A stretch of DNA of 64,000 nucleotides from Octopus sinensis (GCF_006345805.1 NC_042999.1:91388001-91452000); one strand, 5' to 3'; counted from the stretch's first letter, positions 13,572 to 28,919 are shown. Program-made: numbers and translations. Notes: generated by a model from the letters alone, not told the origin.

Positions 13572-13820
13572 AATACACACACACATACGCACACACACAC
13601 TTACACACGGGTATGCACAAGCACATGCGCTTACTCTTTCACACACCCATCCAAACACACGCACACGCACAGACACGGATATACACACACACACATACAC
13701 ATTTACACACAGATATGCAAAAGCGTACGCGCTTACTATTTCTCACACCCATACAAACACACACTCACACATACGCACACACACACACAGACACACACAC
13801 ACACATACGAACAACACATC
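13520..13820. repeat. Degenerate (CA)n-rich tract
   Basis: Direct reading; source of the HT/CV-repeat ORFs. Confidence 0.9.
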
Positions 13821-13989
13821 ATGATAGCTCTGTAACATCAACTCATGTCTAAGTATTCACAAGTGCCTGCATACACATCAACGTTACGCATGAACATCAC
13901 TGCAGCAACAAAACTCTCGAGGCTACTCCATGTTTAACTGTTATGTCCACGCAGCAAATATGCATACAACCACGACCACAAATGATATA

Positions 13990-16650
<2,661 letters not shown>

Positions 16651-16832
16651 ACCTGTCTGCCAGTCACATCCTCCGCAAAGTATCTTGATTGCTTTAATAC
16701 ACCCGTTTATCACAGCCTGGTTCTACAAAGCGTGCACTAACTCCCGCACTACGTCCCCACGCAACGTACATTGACTTCTAATCACACTCACTTACACTAG
16801 CCGTTTGATTTCACTCCATGCAGCCTACTCAC

Positions 16833-16980
16833 ATCGCTTTGTTCCCCGCCACTACCTGATGCGAGAACAACAATAATAACAATACCAGGTTTACTGTTGT
16901 AACAATAACAATGAAAATAGCATTGTATTGTGACAGCAATACATATATCATCGAGTATCTGACATCCGGGACCTTGACTG
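16833..16980 (-). CDS. Candidate exon encoding a signal-peptide or signal-anchor-like stretch (MIYVLLSQYNAIFIVIVTTVNLVLLLLLFSHQVVAGNKA)
   Basis: Long CT-rich polypyrimidine tract ending TTTCGTTTACACAG (acceptor), donor AT|GTGAGT at 16832-16827, ATG at 16951-16949, long hydrophobic run ending V-A-G. No homology recognised. Confidence 0.35.
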
Positions 16981-17057
16981 CTGTGTAAACGAAAAGAGGG
17001 AGAGAGACTGAGATAGAGACAGGTAAATATAAAAATTGATAGAGTGAGTGAGAGAGG

Positions 17058-17088
<31 letters not shown>

Positions 17089-17199
17089 TAGAAGTGGGCG
17101 GAGATAAGCTGCACCCACGCTCTTTCATATATAGAGGTGTGGCTATGACTATGTATGGGGGGCGGAGATAACGTTGTGTATGTGTGGGAGGCGTCAGCG

Positions 17200-17547
17200 G
17201 TGTATTTGCGTGTGAGGGTAACACATAGATGTGTGTGTGTGTTTTTGCATATGTGCCTGTATGTGTTTATATAAGTGAAAGTGACACATCTCTGTGTATA
17301 TGTATGCGTGCGTGCGTGCGTGTGTGTGTAAAAGCTTATGCCAGTGTGTTGTGTGTGTGTGTGTGTGTGTTCGTGCAAAATGAACAACGTAATGTATCAG
17401 TGTGGGTGTGTGAGTCAGGTTCGATATGTACATGTGTGTGCTGCCATCGATTAATATTTCATGTGTATGTATGTACGTATATATGTATATATGTACGTAC
17501 TTTGTATGTATGCATGCATGAAAGATTATATACACACACAGAGGCAC

Positions 17548-17579
<32 letters not shown>

Positions 17580-17910
17580 GTGTGCGTGTGTATATATATA
17601 TTTTTAATATATATATTTATATTTTTTGAATATATATATATATATAATACACAATAATGCACACACACACACACGCACGTGCACACACACATTTAGTTGT
17701 ATATACATGTATGCATATAAGTATGTGTTGTATACCTGTGCGTGTGTGCATGTGTACGCGTCAGTGTGGGAATATGTAGGCGCATGAAACGACCATTCCA
17801 TTTGTCGCTACTGATCACACATTAGCAACATTACTCATTAGACATACCTGCATAAGTGTGTGAGTGTGTGTGTGTGTGTGTGCATGAGTGTTTTGTATGT
17901 GGATGCGTGC

Positions 17911-17948
<38 letters not shown>

Positions 17949-18050
17949 GAGGGCAGAGGGGGAGAGCAGGTGCGTGCACGCTCCTGTGTGTGTCTCAGCG
18001 TGTTGTGTGTGTGTGTGTGTGTGCAATCGTGTGTATGTGAGTGGTACTTA
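17200..18050. repeat. Compound (TG)n/(TA)n/(CA)n microsatellite field
   Basis: Direct reading. Confidence 0.9.
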
Positions 18051-18267
18051 TGCATGCACGCAACACTGGCTTAAACGAATGAAAGATTAAGTTCTTTCCG
18101 TATTCGTGAGGTTCAGGGTTCGGTTGCAGTGTTACACCACGAGCAAAAGATTTCTATCCTAGCTTCCGGTGGACCCAAGAATTGTGAGTGAAGAAGTGTT
18201 CAGTGAATTCTGTGAAATTCCTTCGTAAGGGTTCCAAACCATATCTTAACACCAATTGTATCACACT

Positions 18268-18574
18268 TGCTTTGCTTGTTCCTTCTCGAGCCATGCCTGG
18301 CTCATAAGGGTCGGTTTCCCGGTTTCCTTGGCGTATAGGTTCCCCACCTGGACGGGACGCCGGTCCGTCGCAGGTGAGCTGCAAGATGCAGGAGGAAAGA
18401 GTGATAGAAAGTTGTGGCGAAAGAGTCAGCAGAAGTTCGCCATTACCTTCTACCGGAGCCGCGTGGAGCTTAGGTGTTTCGCTCATAAACACACATCATC
18501 CGGTCTGAGATTCGAACACGCGATCCCTCGACCGCGAGTCCGCTGCTCTAACCACTAGGCCATGTGCCTCCACG
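18268..18574 (-). mobile_element. tRNA-headed SINE, family C, with 13-bp TSD
   Basis: Head GTGGAGGCACATGGCCTAGTGGTTAGAGCAGC...GTTCGAATC (A/B boxes); TSD ATTGTATCACACT at 18255-18267 and 18575-18587; second copy at 45041-45319. Confidence 0.92.
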
Positions 18575-18862
18575 ATTGTATCACACTAACGTTGGCTGTA
18601 TAGTTAAGTAGTTCACTTCGCATTCACGTGGTATCAAGTTCAGCTCCATTGCACTGAAACCCCCGGGGTAAATGTTTTTACTATAGCGTCGGACCACAGC
18701 ACATAGTCTGCTTTCACTTACCTTACTACATTTTTCATGTGCTTGAAGCTACGGAACTAGTAACATTTCATCCTCGCAGATGGGCAGAAAATCCCATCTG
18801 TCCACTACGAACCTATTTGGTCCTTAATTAGATATCTGATAAACGTGTCACCCAGGTACAGC

Positions 18863-19233
18863 TTTTATTTGTTTCAATCATTAGACTGCGGCCATGATGG
18901 GGCATCGTCATTTTTAGTCGAATGAATCGACCGCAGTGCTTGTTTTTTTTTTGTGAAGTGCTGAAACTTATTCTATCGAAATCTTTTTGTCGAACTGCTA
19001 AGTTACGAGGACCTAAACACACCAACACCGGTTGTCAAGCGATGGCGGAGGACAAACACAGATATAAACACACACATACACACACACACACATGACGGTC
19101 TTCTTTCAGATTCCGTCTACCAAATCCACTCACAAAGCTTTGGTCGGTCCGAGGCTACAGTAAAAGATATTTGCTCAAGGTGCCACGCAGCGGGACTCAA
19201 CCAGGCACCATATAGTTGGGAAGCAAGCTTCTT
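18863..19233 (-). mobile_element. tRNA-headed SINE, family A (CORE-like), head truncated by a family B SINE
   Basis: Shares the ..GCGTGGCACCTTG..CAA..CTACTATAGCCTCGG..CCGACCAAAGC.. body and GACTGCGGCCATG tail with the 20904 and 29181 copies. Confidence 0.85.
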
Positions 19234-19235
19234 GA

Positions 19236-19453
19236 TTCTTTATTGCCCACAAGGGGCTAAACCTAGAAGGGACAAACAAAGGGATTAAGTCGATTACATC
19301 GACCCCAGTGCGTAATTGGTACTTAATTTATCGACCCCGAATAGATGAAAGGCAAAGTCGACCTCGGCGGAATTTGAACTCAGAATCTAGCCGCAAACGA
19401 AATACCGCTAAGCATTTCGTCCAGCGTGCTAACGTTTCTGCCAGCTCACCGCC
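19236..19453 (-). mobile_element. tRNA-headed SINE, family B
   Basis: High similarity to 15042-15272. Confidence 0.9.
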
Positions 19454-20739
19454 TTTTTACCACTCCGTCATGCCTGCTCCTATATTGCAGTACACTGAGG
19501 TTTTAATGCTAGACAAGCACAACTTTTTATATTCTGTTATATTGAAAGAAAGAGCTGCACACACATCAGATTCATTCGTTTGACCTCGCACAATATGTTG
19601 CATGCTAAGATAAAGTCAAGAGAAATAATATTGTATGACGATGCAGGAAACTGCCAAAGTAACTGAAAGGATCTTCAGACCTCGCAGTAGCATCTAACTT
19701 ATACAGGACATAAAGCATCATATCAGGCATATGCCCTTCATTACGACTTCTATTCTAGTACGATCTTATGCTCCCAACTATACCACTTTCTTCCCTTTGG
19801 GTCTTGCTAGCAATTTCAAAGATGTGATGAGATTTGCATAATTTTTCAACGCGAGCATGCTAGTTAAACATGGACACACATGTTTAATGTCCCTGTGTAC
19901 ATATTGTTGGTTGACTGATGAATCCTTTGAAGTTTGCTGCGCATTAATCGTTCTTGTATCACATTTTGTCAGGTATCCAAAATCACTCTCCATACCAAGC
20001 GAAGTTGGGTGGATTGCCAGTTGAGTTGCCGACGAAGCAAGCGTGCAAAAAGTTGTTATGGATCACATGTTACCTGTAGTGCTCTCAAGAAACGTGGCTA
20101 CACACACGTGCACGCACAAGTACACACATGTACGCACACACACGTGCACACACAGACACACACACTCACACACATAATCATATTATGCTTAAAGATATAT
20201 GAATGTAGACACACACACATACACACACATGCACATGAATGTATCTTCACATTTATAAAGGCATCGAAATTGTGAGGGATTCTAGTCGATAACTGATGAA
20301 GAATGGCCATATCTACGTCTTCTGTGTGTGTGTGTGTGTGTGTTTGTGTGTGTGTTTCCTATTCTCTGTATGTTCCATCGTCATCTTTCCGTGCAAAATT
20401 TTACTATAGGAGGGTAAGGGATGAATTAGTAACCGGGGCAAAATGAGTAACTTCTGAATTCTTATTCTTTTCCTACCTGTTTGAAATCATTACATTGAAG
20501 TATAACATCATCATTTTGTATTACTACATTATATTTATGAGTAAAAATTGGCCAGTAGGGATGTTGTTGTTGAAGTTGAGGGAGTTCGAAAAATAGCTAG
20601 GTGGTAGGGTCTCTTTTATCAATAAATCTTTCCCCAACTTTGACCCGATTGTAATTGAGGTTGCTAATAAAATATATGGATAATTTTTGGTGTTTAAGTA
20701 TCAATATTATTTTCTCTGTTGGATTTCAAGTCAACCTTT

Positions 20740-20798
20740 TCACAACTATCGGAGCGCGAAGCGCTCCTCGTGAACGCAGGTTCGTGAGATGGTTGTGA
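20740..20798 (+). other. T-shaped three-way-junction palindrome (11-bp stem enclosing two hairpins with no linkers)
   Basis: TCACAACTATC/GATGGTTGTGA closes GGAGCGC-GAA-GCGCTCC and TCGTGAAC-GCAG-GTTCGTGA; the only non-Watson-Crick pairs are three G.T pairs. Confidence 0.75.
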
Positions 20799-20903
20799 TC
20801 TGTAAACAGTTTTGTTTACAAACCGGAAAAAGAAGTATGAACACGCAGTACGTATGTGTATACCGAATTCATAAAACAGTAAAGAAAAATAAAAACGCAA
20901 TGT

Positions 20904-21062
20904 GAGTGGCTGTGTGGTAAGTAGCTTGCTTACCAACCACATGTTTCCGGATTCAGTCCCACTGCGTGGCACCTCGTGCAAGTGTTTTCAACTATAGCCT
21001 CGGGCCGACCAAAGCCTTGTGAGTGAATTTGGTAGACGGAAACTGAAAGAAGCCCGTCGTAT

Positions 21063-21101
<39 letters not shown>

Positions 21102-21316
21102 AGCATGTGTGTGTATATGTTTGTGTGTGTGTGTCCCCAATATCGCTTGACAACCGATGCTAGTGTGTTTACATCCCCGTAACTTAGCGGTTCGGCAAAA
21201 CAGACGGATAGAATAAGTACTAGGCTTACAAAGAATAAGTCTTGGGGTCGATTTACTCGACTAAAGGCGGTGCATCAGCATGGCCGCAGTCAAAATGACT
21301 GAAACAAGTAAAAGAG
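20904..21316 (+). mobile_element. tRNA-headed SINE, family A (CORE-like), full length with internal (CA)/(TA)/(TG) microsatellite
   Basis: GAGTGGCTGTGTGGTAAGTAGC..GGATTCAGTCCC head; 3' end ..GGCCGCAGTCAAAATGACTGAAACAAGTAAAAGAG. Confidence 0.92.
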
Positions 21317-21719
21317 CATGTCAAAATAAAAAAAGGAAGAGAATAGTAAAGACGTTCTGATGTCTTGTGATGGATATTGATGTGTATGAGTCTGTTTTCT
21401 GGAGAATTGAAGGGGCAAATTTACCTTTTCTTGGCTTACTCATTTTGTCCCAGCCAAATTTGTCTTTTATATGTTCTAAGAGAAAAGGTGATAATTTTCT
21501 GAAACAGAAATCAGATTACGTTATAATGCTTTTCAGCATTTTACTGTACTATCGAGGGTAGTTGGCGTGTAACATTGCGTAATATTGTTTGAATGTTGTA
21601 CGAAAATCTCAATAAAATGTAATTCCAAAAGAGTCGACATAATGATGTAAAAATGAGGGAATGAGTTGTTTAGGGGATGCTAACAATATTTACTGTATCA
21701 CTGTATCGACCCGATTATC

Positions 21720-22100
21720 ATACACCGTTGGTCATACACCGCTGGTCACAATTTACTTCCATTGTTACAGCCTTCGAATGATGCCACTTTGCTGACTAGG
21801 TGGGCAGGCCAATATACCCACTGAACGCCAGTCCGACGTAAAGTTACCCGTTTACTGTAAAGTTACTCATTTACCGTAAAGTTATCCGTTTAACATAAAG
21901 TTACCCGTTTATCGCAAAGTTATCTGTTTAACGTAAAGTTACCCATTTACCGTAAAGTTACTCGTTTACCGCAAAGTTACTCGTTTAACGTAAAGTTACC
22001 CGTCTACTGCTAAGTGAACTGAGTAACGTGAAATGAAGTGTTTTGTTCAAGCATACAACACTCCGCTGGTCTGGGAACTCCCTGACCACTAGGTCACGCG
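21720..22100 (-). mobile_element. Decayed SINE carrying an internal 9 x 19-bp tandem amplification
   Basis: SINE-like flanks (..GAAATGAAGTGTTTTGTTCAAGCATACAAC..) around GTAAAGTTACCCGTTTACC repeats at 21838-22008. Confidence 0.6.
21838..22008 (+). repeat. Tandem repeat, 9 copies of a 19-bp unit (GTAAAGTTACCCGTTTACC consensus)
   Basis: Units start at 21838, 21857, 21876, 21895, 21914, 21933, 21952, 21971 and 21990, with no spacers. Confidence 0.95.
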
Positions 22101-22448
22101 CCTTCACAGCAGAGCATTAAAAATATTAAAATGGCTAAAATATGACAAGTCTGCTGATATTATAGCCAGACTATAATTCTAGATTTATATTGTATTTATT
22201 AGACCATTTAGTTTTGTAGCTAATTACTTCAATAATATCTTGAGAAGCTTGGATTCACAAAACCATTAAGGGTATGGCTGATTGGATAATTACAATTATA
22301 AACCATTATTGGATCTGCAAAAATATATAAAATATTCAAGATAATTTAGCTTCTAATATGGACACAAGCACGCTTATAGACATATATACATATATAATTT
22401 GTATGCGCATCCGTCCGTCTGTCCGTCCGTCTGTCCGTCCGTCTGTCC

Positions 22449-22524
<76 letters not shown>

Positions 22525-22616
22525 GCCCGTCTGTCTATTTACCTGGTATGCGTAAATATATACATATATATATATGAGTGTGTATGTGTATGTGCGCGCG
22601 CGTGTATGTGTGTGTA

Positions 22617-22654
<38 letters not shown>

Positions 22655-23059
22655 TATTTGTGTGTGTACAATTTATCCACTCGGTCATACATATGTACAC
22701 ATCAACCAATTCAGATAACCTCAAACAAAACGAAATGTCGACTCAAATAAAAGCCTCACATTTTGTTAGTGACCAGATTGAATTCTGCAAAAAAAAAAAA
22801 TCTGAAATAAATCCAACCCACAAATTCTTACATCCGTCCGTCCGTCCATCCATCCATCCATCCATCCACCCAGACAGACAGACAGACAGACAGACGTGCA
22901 GGCTGTTAGATAGTAAGACAGAGAAGTAGGGTTCAGGACAGTTTGAAGATCAGCTGAAAACGATCCAATGCGAGTAGTAAGCAGGAACCCTCTTATTACT
23001 GTATAACGAAGGAAAATTGTCCGTCTCGTTAAATACCTTTGAAAAACAATCATCTAGAG

Positions 23060-23419
23060 CAGTGATTCTCAACTGGGTCCATATAGCCCTTGAGGGCCCG
23101 TATAAGATTGGGCGGGGATGAGGGTCCACGCAACAAAATAGCGAATTGGGGATGCACAACATTATTTTAAGGACCCCCGAAAAAAGTTTGCATCAGATGT
23201 ATGTATTGGTTTGTATTGCAAGAAACAGCTACGTTTATTTCTCTAACATTTTACATAGTTCAAACCACACAAATTAATGTGCGAAAATCAAAATAGGAAT
23301 CTTGAAAGAAAATTTCTATAAAACTAGCTTTTAAACAACGAATGGATATGGGGGGGGGGCACCAGAATAAAATAGTAATCAATGGGGTCTAGAGAAAAAA
23401 AAATGGTTGGGAACCCCTG
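23060..23419. mobile_element. hAT (Charlie-like) MITE
   Basis: TIRs CAGTGATTCTCAAC and GTTGGGAACCCCTG; flanking 8-mers ATCTAGAG and TTTTAGAA fit a decayed NTCTAGAN-type hAT TSD. Confidence 0.75.
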
Positions 23420-23559
23420 TTTTAGAAAGTTAATGTTTCATTAGATCAGGATTCCAAGAAATATGAAATATTTACATTTGAATGAGCAAAAATTGTTGAA
23501 GGCATGGTTGAGGATGCCTTGGATTATCATATCCTCAACCATGCCTTCAAGTATGAAAA

Positions 23560-24260
23560 GGAGGATTAAAGCAAAATTCACTCTTTCATCACACTGTATG
23601 TTAACTCTGTCTTAACTCGTTATGTACAATTTCGATGTAAGAAATATGAATAATAGATTTTCAGATACAAATTAAAGGAGTCTTACCAAATTAAATAATG
23701 TCATCAATAGATATTCCCGTTGCCTTATCTAAAATTAAAATGTAACTTACAATTTACATTTTAATTTTTGGCTTTCAACACTTCTTGAATAAATATCAAA
23801 ACATCTTTCATGAGTTTATGGGAATCTCCAGAGTGGAAAATATTAAACTGAATTACTCACATTGTAAGTGCATTTACTGTAATGAAAGCGTCCTCCAACT
23901 AAGATGTCTCGGTTATAGTATGTTAGGATACAGTCAATCCATACTTTGAATTTAAAAGTTCACAAAGAGTTTTGAGTTTCAATTGTGTGTGTTCGTTTAT
24001 CCACTCAATAAGTGATTCAAAATGTTCTTATTTAATACTCTTGAGTTTGTCACGGACACCTTCAGGGTGCAAATGAGATGCACGATCTGTATATACCTGC
24101 TGTTATATGATGCTATCTTCTTGACAGCTTGTGCTGCAGTGATGGATTCCCAATTCACTTTTTCAGCAACATATACTAAATGCATACGAATTACTAGTGA
24201 AGACTTCTTGTGTGACCTCTACTTATTTAACAGTTCGTGGAATATCAATACTTACAGATT
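23560..24260 (-). mobile_element. Decayed IS630/Tc1-like transposase fragment
   Basis: Minus strand reads HPEGVRDKLKSIK*EHFESLIEWINEHTQLKLKTLCELLNSKYGLTVS (HTH region typical of IS630/Tc1 transposases), with stops and frameshifts. Confidence 0.55.
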
Positions 24261-24997
24261 TATAAAAAGTATCGTTGCTTTCCGATTGGTTTTCCTCATG
24301 TAAACACAACATTGAAACTTAAGTGAATTGACGAAATTAATTTAGATTCAAATCGAATCAGTTGTAAATACAATCGCTTCAAAATATCTACATCTATTCA
24401 GTTTAATCGAAATATCCATTACTTAATTTGCTTCGTGATTATTTTAATTTACTTCGAGGTTATTCGAATTTGCTTCGACTTCCAGTTCATAATAATTTAC
24501 TGGGATATTTTCGAGGTTTTTATTTTTCCTTCTGGTTTTGTTTGCTTCAAGTGTATTTTAATTTGCTCCAAGATTATTTTCATTTGTAAACTTTATATAT
24601 AATATGAAACGACGCAAATCACATATTTCCCCATTAGAATACGTGTATCCAGTTAAGTAAATCATATAAAGATACAATACTTATTAGTATCATGGAGCTA
24701 GTGGATCTGTTGGCACTATAGCACATATTTATATTTGAGCGGTGCGTAGGCTGTGTAGTTGACGTTTCCAGACTCGAACACAAGTTATTTCAGTTGATAC
24801 CCCGCTGTTCTATTACTTGAGCCCCCAGCTATTAATTCCAGAATACCAACTATATGATTCTGTACTGTACCATCATATTTATAGAATTTAAAATTCGCTA
24901 ATGTCGGATTTCTTTCTACTGGTTTCGACAATTAAATTATCGCTAATAGATAATATTTGATTCAAATGACTTTACACTTCTCGAAAATTTTCCCTTG

Positions 24998-25035
<38 letters not shown>

Positions 25036-25752
25036 AAAACCTTAGGGTGTCAAGCAAAATCACATTATTCAAATAGCAATCAGCTTATTGTAATAAAATT
25101 TATCGAAGCATAAGCTTGCAATGAAAGCGATACATGATGATCTGAACGAATTATGAACAGTGCGTAAAACTTTGTGAGATATATAATTGTTTTATATAGA
25201 ATTGAAAACCAGAGATTTTGTTTCAATTAAGGAAGGAGGACAAAAATGAATTCATTTGAAAAGATATAATTGATTAACCTTGGTAGATTGTAGAATGATC
25301 AATCATGTACAAATGAGTGTGAAATTCTTCGTGTGCTAAAGGCTACATGATTTGGGTGATCTGCTGGAAATAATTAATTTCCAAGTAATAAAATCCTAAA
25401 TCGTTCCCTATTTATTGACAATTGAAGAGAAACGAAGATATAATGACACATTTGTGGATGTAACACACAGACAAGTTTCATGTCATAAGTCCTCCAATAA
25501 AGAGTGCAATGTTAACGCAGTACACACACACACAGACACTCCTACACATATTGTCATACGCGTCCCTTTACACATCTGCATACACACCCAATACACACAC
25601 ATACGCACACACACACACATACACGTACACGTACACACAATCTTCCATACACATACAATGTATATAAATGAATTCAATTTATATTTAGATATTTATTGAA
25701 TAGGAAAAGAAAATTAGATTGCAATATATATATATATATAAATGTGTGTGTG

Positions 25753-25784
<32 letters not shown>

Positions 25785-25886
25785 TGTATGTATGTATGTA
25801 TGTATGTATGTATGTATGTATGTGTGCGTGTGTATGTATGTACGTGTGTATGTATATATGCATGTACTGTAAATTTCCTTTTGCAG

Positions 25887-25945
25887 ATCTTTGTGCTTCA
25901 CTGGTCCCAATTCATCACCGACGTCTGTGTGGTGTGAGGAGACAA
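25887..25945 (+). CDS. Candidate 59-nt internal exon, product unknown (may be non-coding)
   Basis: Acceptor AATTTCCTTTTGCAG| and donor AA|GTAAGA; higher GC than the flanks; two of three frames open. Confidence 0.3.
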
Positions 25946-27450
25946 GTAAGACATTTAGTTCGTCCTTGGATGCTAGACTTCAGCTCGCAAATATTACACT
26001 GTTATTACTATGGAAACAAGTGCAATCGAATATAATGCCCATGCACATTCAATGTCACAGTGAAAGGAAGAAATAATGACTGCATGTAGAAAACATTACT
26101 TAAGCGTTGATACAGAAAGATTATATTTCCGATGGATACGGGCAGGAAGGGGTTATCTGCAACTGAAAACAATTACAAAATAGCCACTTTAGGGCTAGAA
26201 AATAATTGAGTAAAGAACAACAGAGCTCTAACATGAATAGCTGCAGAGCACGAATAAGCCAAGAAATATAAAATAAAGGCTAAGAGTTAATGGTTGGCAG
26301 CTGTGAGTACAAAGGAGTAATAACTATGAAAGTTAAAAATCTAAGCTAAAAAATGGGGGTGGAAAATGCCGGAAAACTAAACATGTTGGGAACATACATA
26401 GAAAACTTTCATTACAGGTAAAGAAGTCAAGAACTCAAAGTTGATGCCGAGGGGTTTTTGATTGCAGTAAAAGTCAAAACATTTTCACCAGAAACTGCAA
26501 AAAGCATTTTTGAAGAAGCAAAGCACATTAAGTAAATGTTGTAAATTTGGAAATGGGGAATGACCGATGCTCATAATGATTTCTGTCGTTATTTTATGCT
26601 TTGAAATGACTTCTAAAATTTTTACCTTTCTGAAAGAAAGATAATGATTTGACACGTGTCGCAAACCCCCCCCCCCCCAAAAATCTAGTATTCAATAATA
26701 GATTACTAAATACATCAAAATGGCAAAAAAAGTGCTGCTCAATAGATAAAGAAGCCAAATATATTTAACAGAAAAAGTTATTCTTCCATAGATCCTTTTA
26801 CATTACACCACAATTACATTCTTCATTAAATACATATGCAGTCAAGAAAGAACGGATTCATAAGGATCCGAACTTAAATCTTGAAAACGGTATGACGAAA
26901 CGAATGTCTCTTATCGACACATTCCTAGAAGTATACTGGACAAGTCGGAATACCGGATGTGTGGGTTCGATATGTAAGCTCGTCCAAAATAACAAAGACG
27001 ATAGTATTCACTTTCTCTAGTATTCTGCATGTCTGTTCAACTGCAACCATCAACAAGTTGTACATAAGAAATAAAGTTTTATTTTTGAGGTGAAAGATAA
27101 TAATGCACAGATGCTTTTTCAATTGCGTACAACACATTTTTTTTTATTAAACCCAGCAGGCTTTGCGCAATACCAGAGAATGTTTACTCACTGTTTTTCT
27201 ATATACCGTCTAGGTATGTGACTAGCGAAATACACATCATTGAAAAGCCCAAGAAAGTTTTAACGCGTCTGGCGTTGACGGGAGTCACTTCAGTGACTAA
27301 GTTCATTCTGCTCCGATCTCGTATATATACTGTGTTTTGTAACAAGACGTCTATAAAGAGACTTTCTTTCAAACAAAATTCACAACATTTCTATTTACAG
27401 TGTATATACATTAAGTATGGTACATAGATGGCTCTCTCTCCCTCCCTCTC

Positions 27451-27488
<38 letters not shown>

Positions 27489-27697
27489 TGTGTGTGTGTC
27501 TGTGTGTCTGTGTGTGTGAAGAAGCTACGTGTGTAACAGCAAAATTAGTAGACAGCGGCATCGCTGAAAATAGATAACTAAATTTATCAATGATACAGGT
27601 ACGGAACTCTTATATTCAGAAATGAGTTTCTGAGCAGCGATTCAACGCTCGCTCTACTTCAGCTTTTGCAAGCTTAATGCATACTTTATATATATAT

Positions 27698-27729
<32 letters not shown>

Positions 27730-28334
27730 ATATATATATACATATACATATATACACACACATATACATACATGCATGCATGCATACATAAATACACAAG
27801 TATGTGATGCATGAACGACATTGGAATAGACAGAACATATAGTCATATGCCAATTTCCGTACGAAAAATTGTTGTGTATACCATGATATACTATGAATGT
27901 ATGCCCAAGATGCAAGTAGATCTACATGCGTCTGCGTAACCTGCTTGTAAATATCCAAGATGCATATGATTTCGCATACATGAATAGGGCGAACTTTCTG
28001 TGCCATAGAAGCGAACATGTAGCACTTGATGAAAATTGCGCTGGTTTATAAAGTAGATAAGTTGTAGAAATCGGTTCAGCAAAATAGCTACAGGTGAAAG
28101 GTGTTCAGTTTCGAGACGGTGTTGAGAAAAGCTCAGATTACAATCTGTTAGCTGGAATGATAAAACTGTTGAGGTGGCCACTGCTTTACACGAGGGAATC
28201 TGGACCGCTGGTCGAAGTGGTATTTGAATTGACACTACATAGCAACCCTGCGCCTGTATCTGCTTCGAGATGACTAGTAATACAGTCTCTGACCTACGTC
28301 GAAAGGCTGAGTTATTCTGACCACATAATACCGC

Positions 28335-28600
28335 AGTAGAGGTACGTGGCTTAGTGGTTAGGGTCTTGGACTCATGATCATAAGATTGTGGTTTCGATTC
28401 CTGGACCGTGCGACGCGTTGTGTTTCTGAGAAAAAACACTTCATTTTATGTTGGTCCAGTCCAATCAGCTGGCAAATATGAGTAATCCTGCGACGGACCG
28501 GCGTCTCGTCCTGATGAGGAATACATACACCATGAAACCTGGAAACCGGCCCTTATGTATCGGTAATGCTCGAGAAGGTAACTTTACCTTTACTTTTTAC
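28335..28600 (+). mobile_element. tRNA-headed SINE related to family C (diverged)
   Basis: GTAGAGGTACGTGGCTTAGTGGTTAGG..TTTCGATTCC head; CGACGGACCGGCGTCTCGTCC..GGAAACCGGCCCTTATG..CTCGAGAAGG body shared with family C. Confidence 0.75.
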
Positions 28601-28919
28601 ATAATACCACATCAGCTGGTCTTTATACCAGATAATCAATAACAATGATAGTAAGTTAACCCAAGTAAGAGTGATCGGTGATTGTCGTTAATACAATATC
28701 AGTCTGTATCGCTAACTTGTTAGTCTGGTTTTTGTCTCAGTTTATATGAATAAATGGATGAAACGGCGTATATTTTTATTGGTTCGAAAAAGTAATTACA
28801 GCGACCCCTGCCGCTTCTTATTGTTACTTTGGAAACTGCTGCTGTTATTAACTAAGTAGGTTCACAAATGATTTGTCCATAAAGTTATGACATTGTAAGT
28901 ATTGGTGCCCACAAGTCTC

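Larger units (their letters stand above)
20435..21451. mobile_element. Possible non-autonomous DNA transposon bounded by 16-bp inverted repeats, interrupted by a SINE
   Basis: GGGGCAAAATGAGTAA (20435-20450) versus TTACTCATTTTGTCCC (21436-21451), 15/16 inverted match; no clear TSD identified. Confidence 0.3.

Noticed and set aside
18500-18574. tRNA-like sequences at SINE heads (also ~15200-15272, 20904-20965, 28335-28405)
   Set aside because: A/B boxes are present, but each continues into a multicopy SINE body and lacks a proper acceptor stem; not tRNA genes.
21838-22008. CRISPR-like regular array
   Set aside because: Units are contiguous with no unique spacers, there are no cas genes, and the context is eukaryotic.
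23997-24303. Protein-like ORFs and apparent splice sites on both strands
   Set aside because: The minus strand continues into a decayed IS630/Tc1-like transposase with stops.
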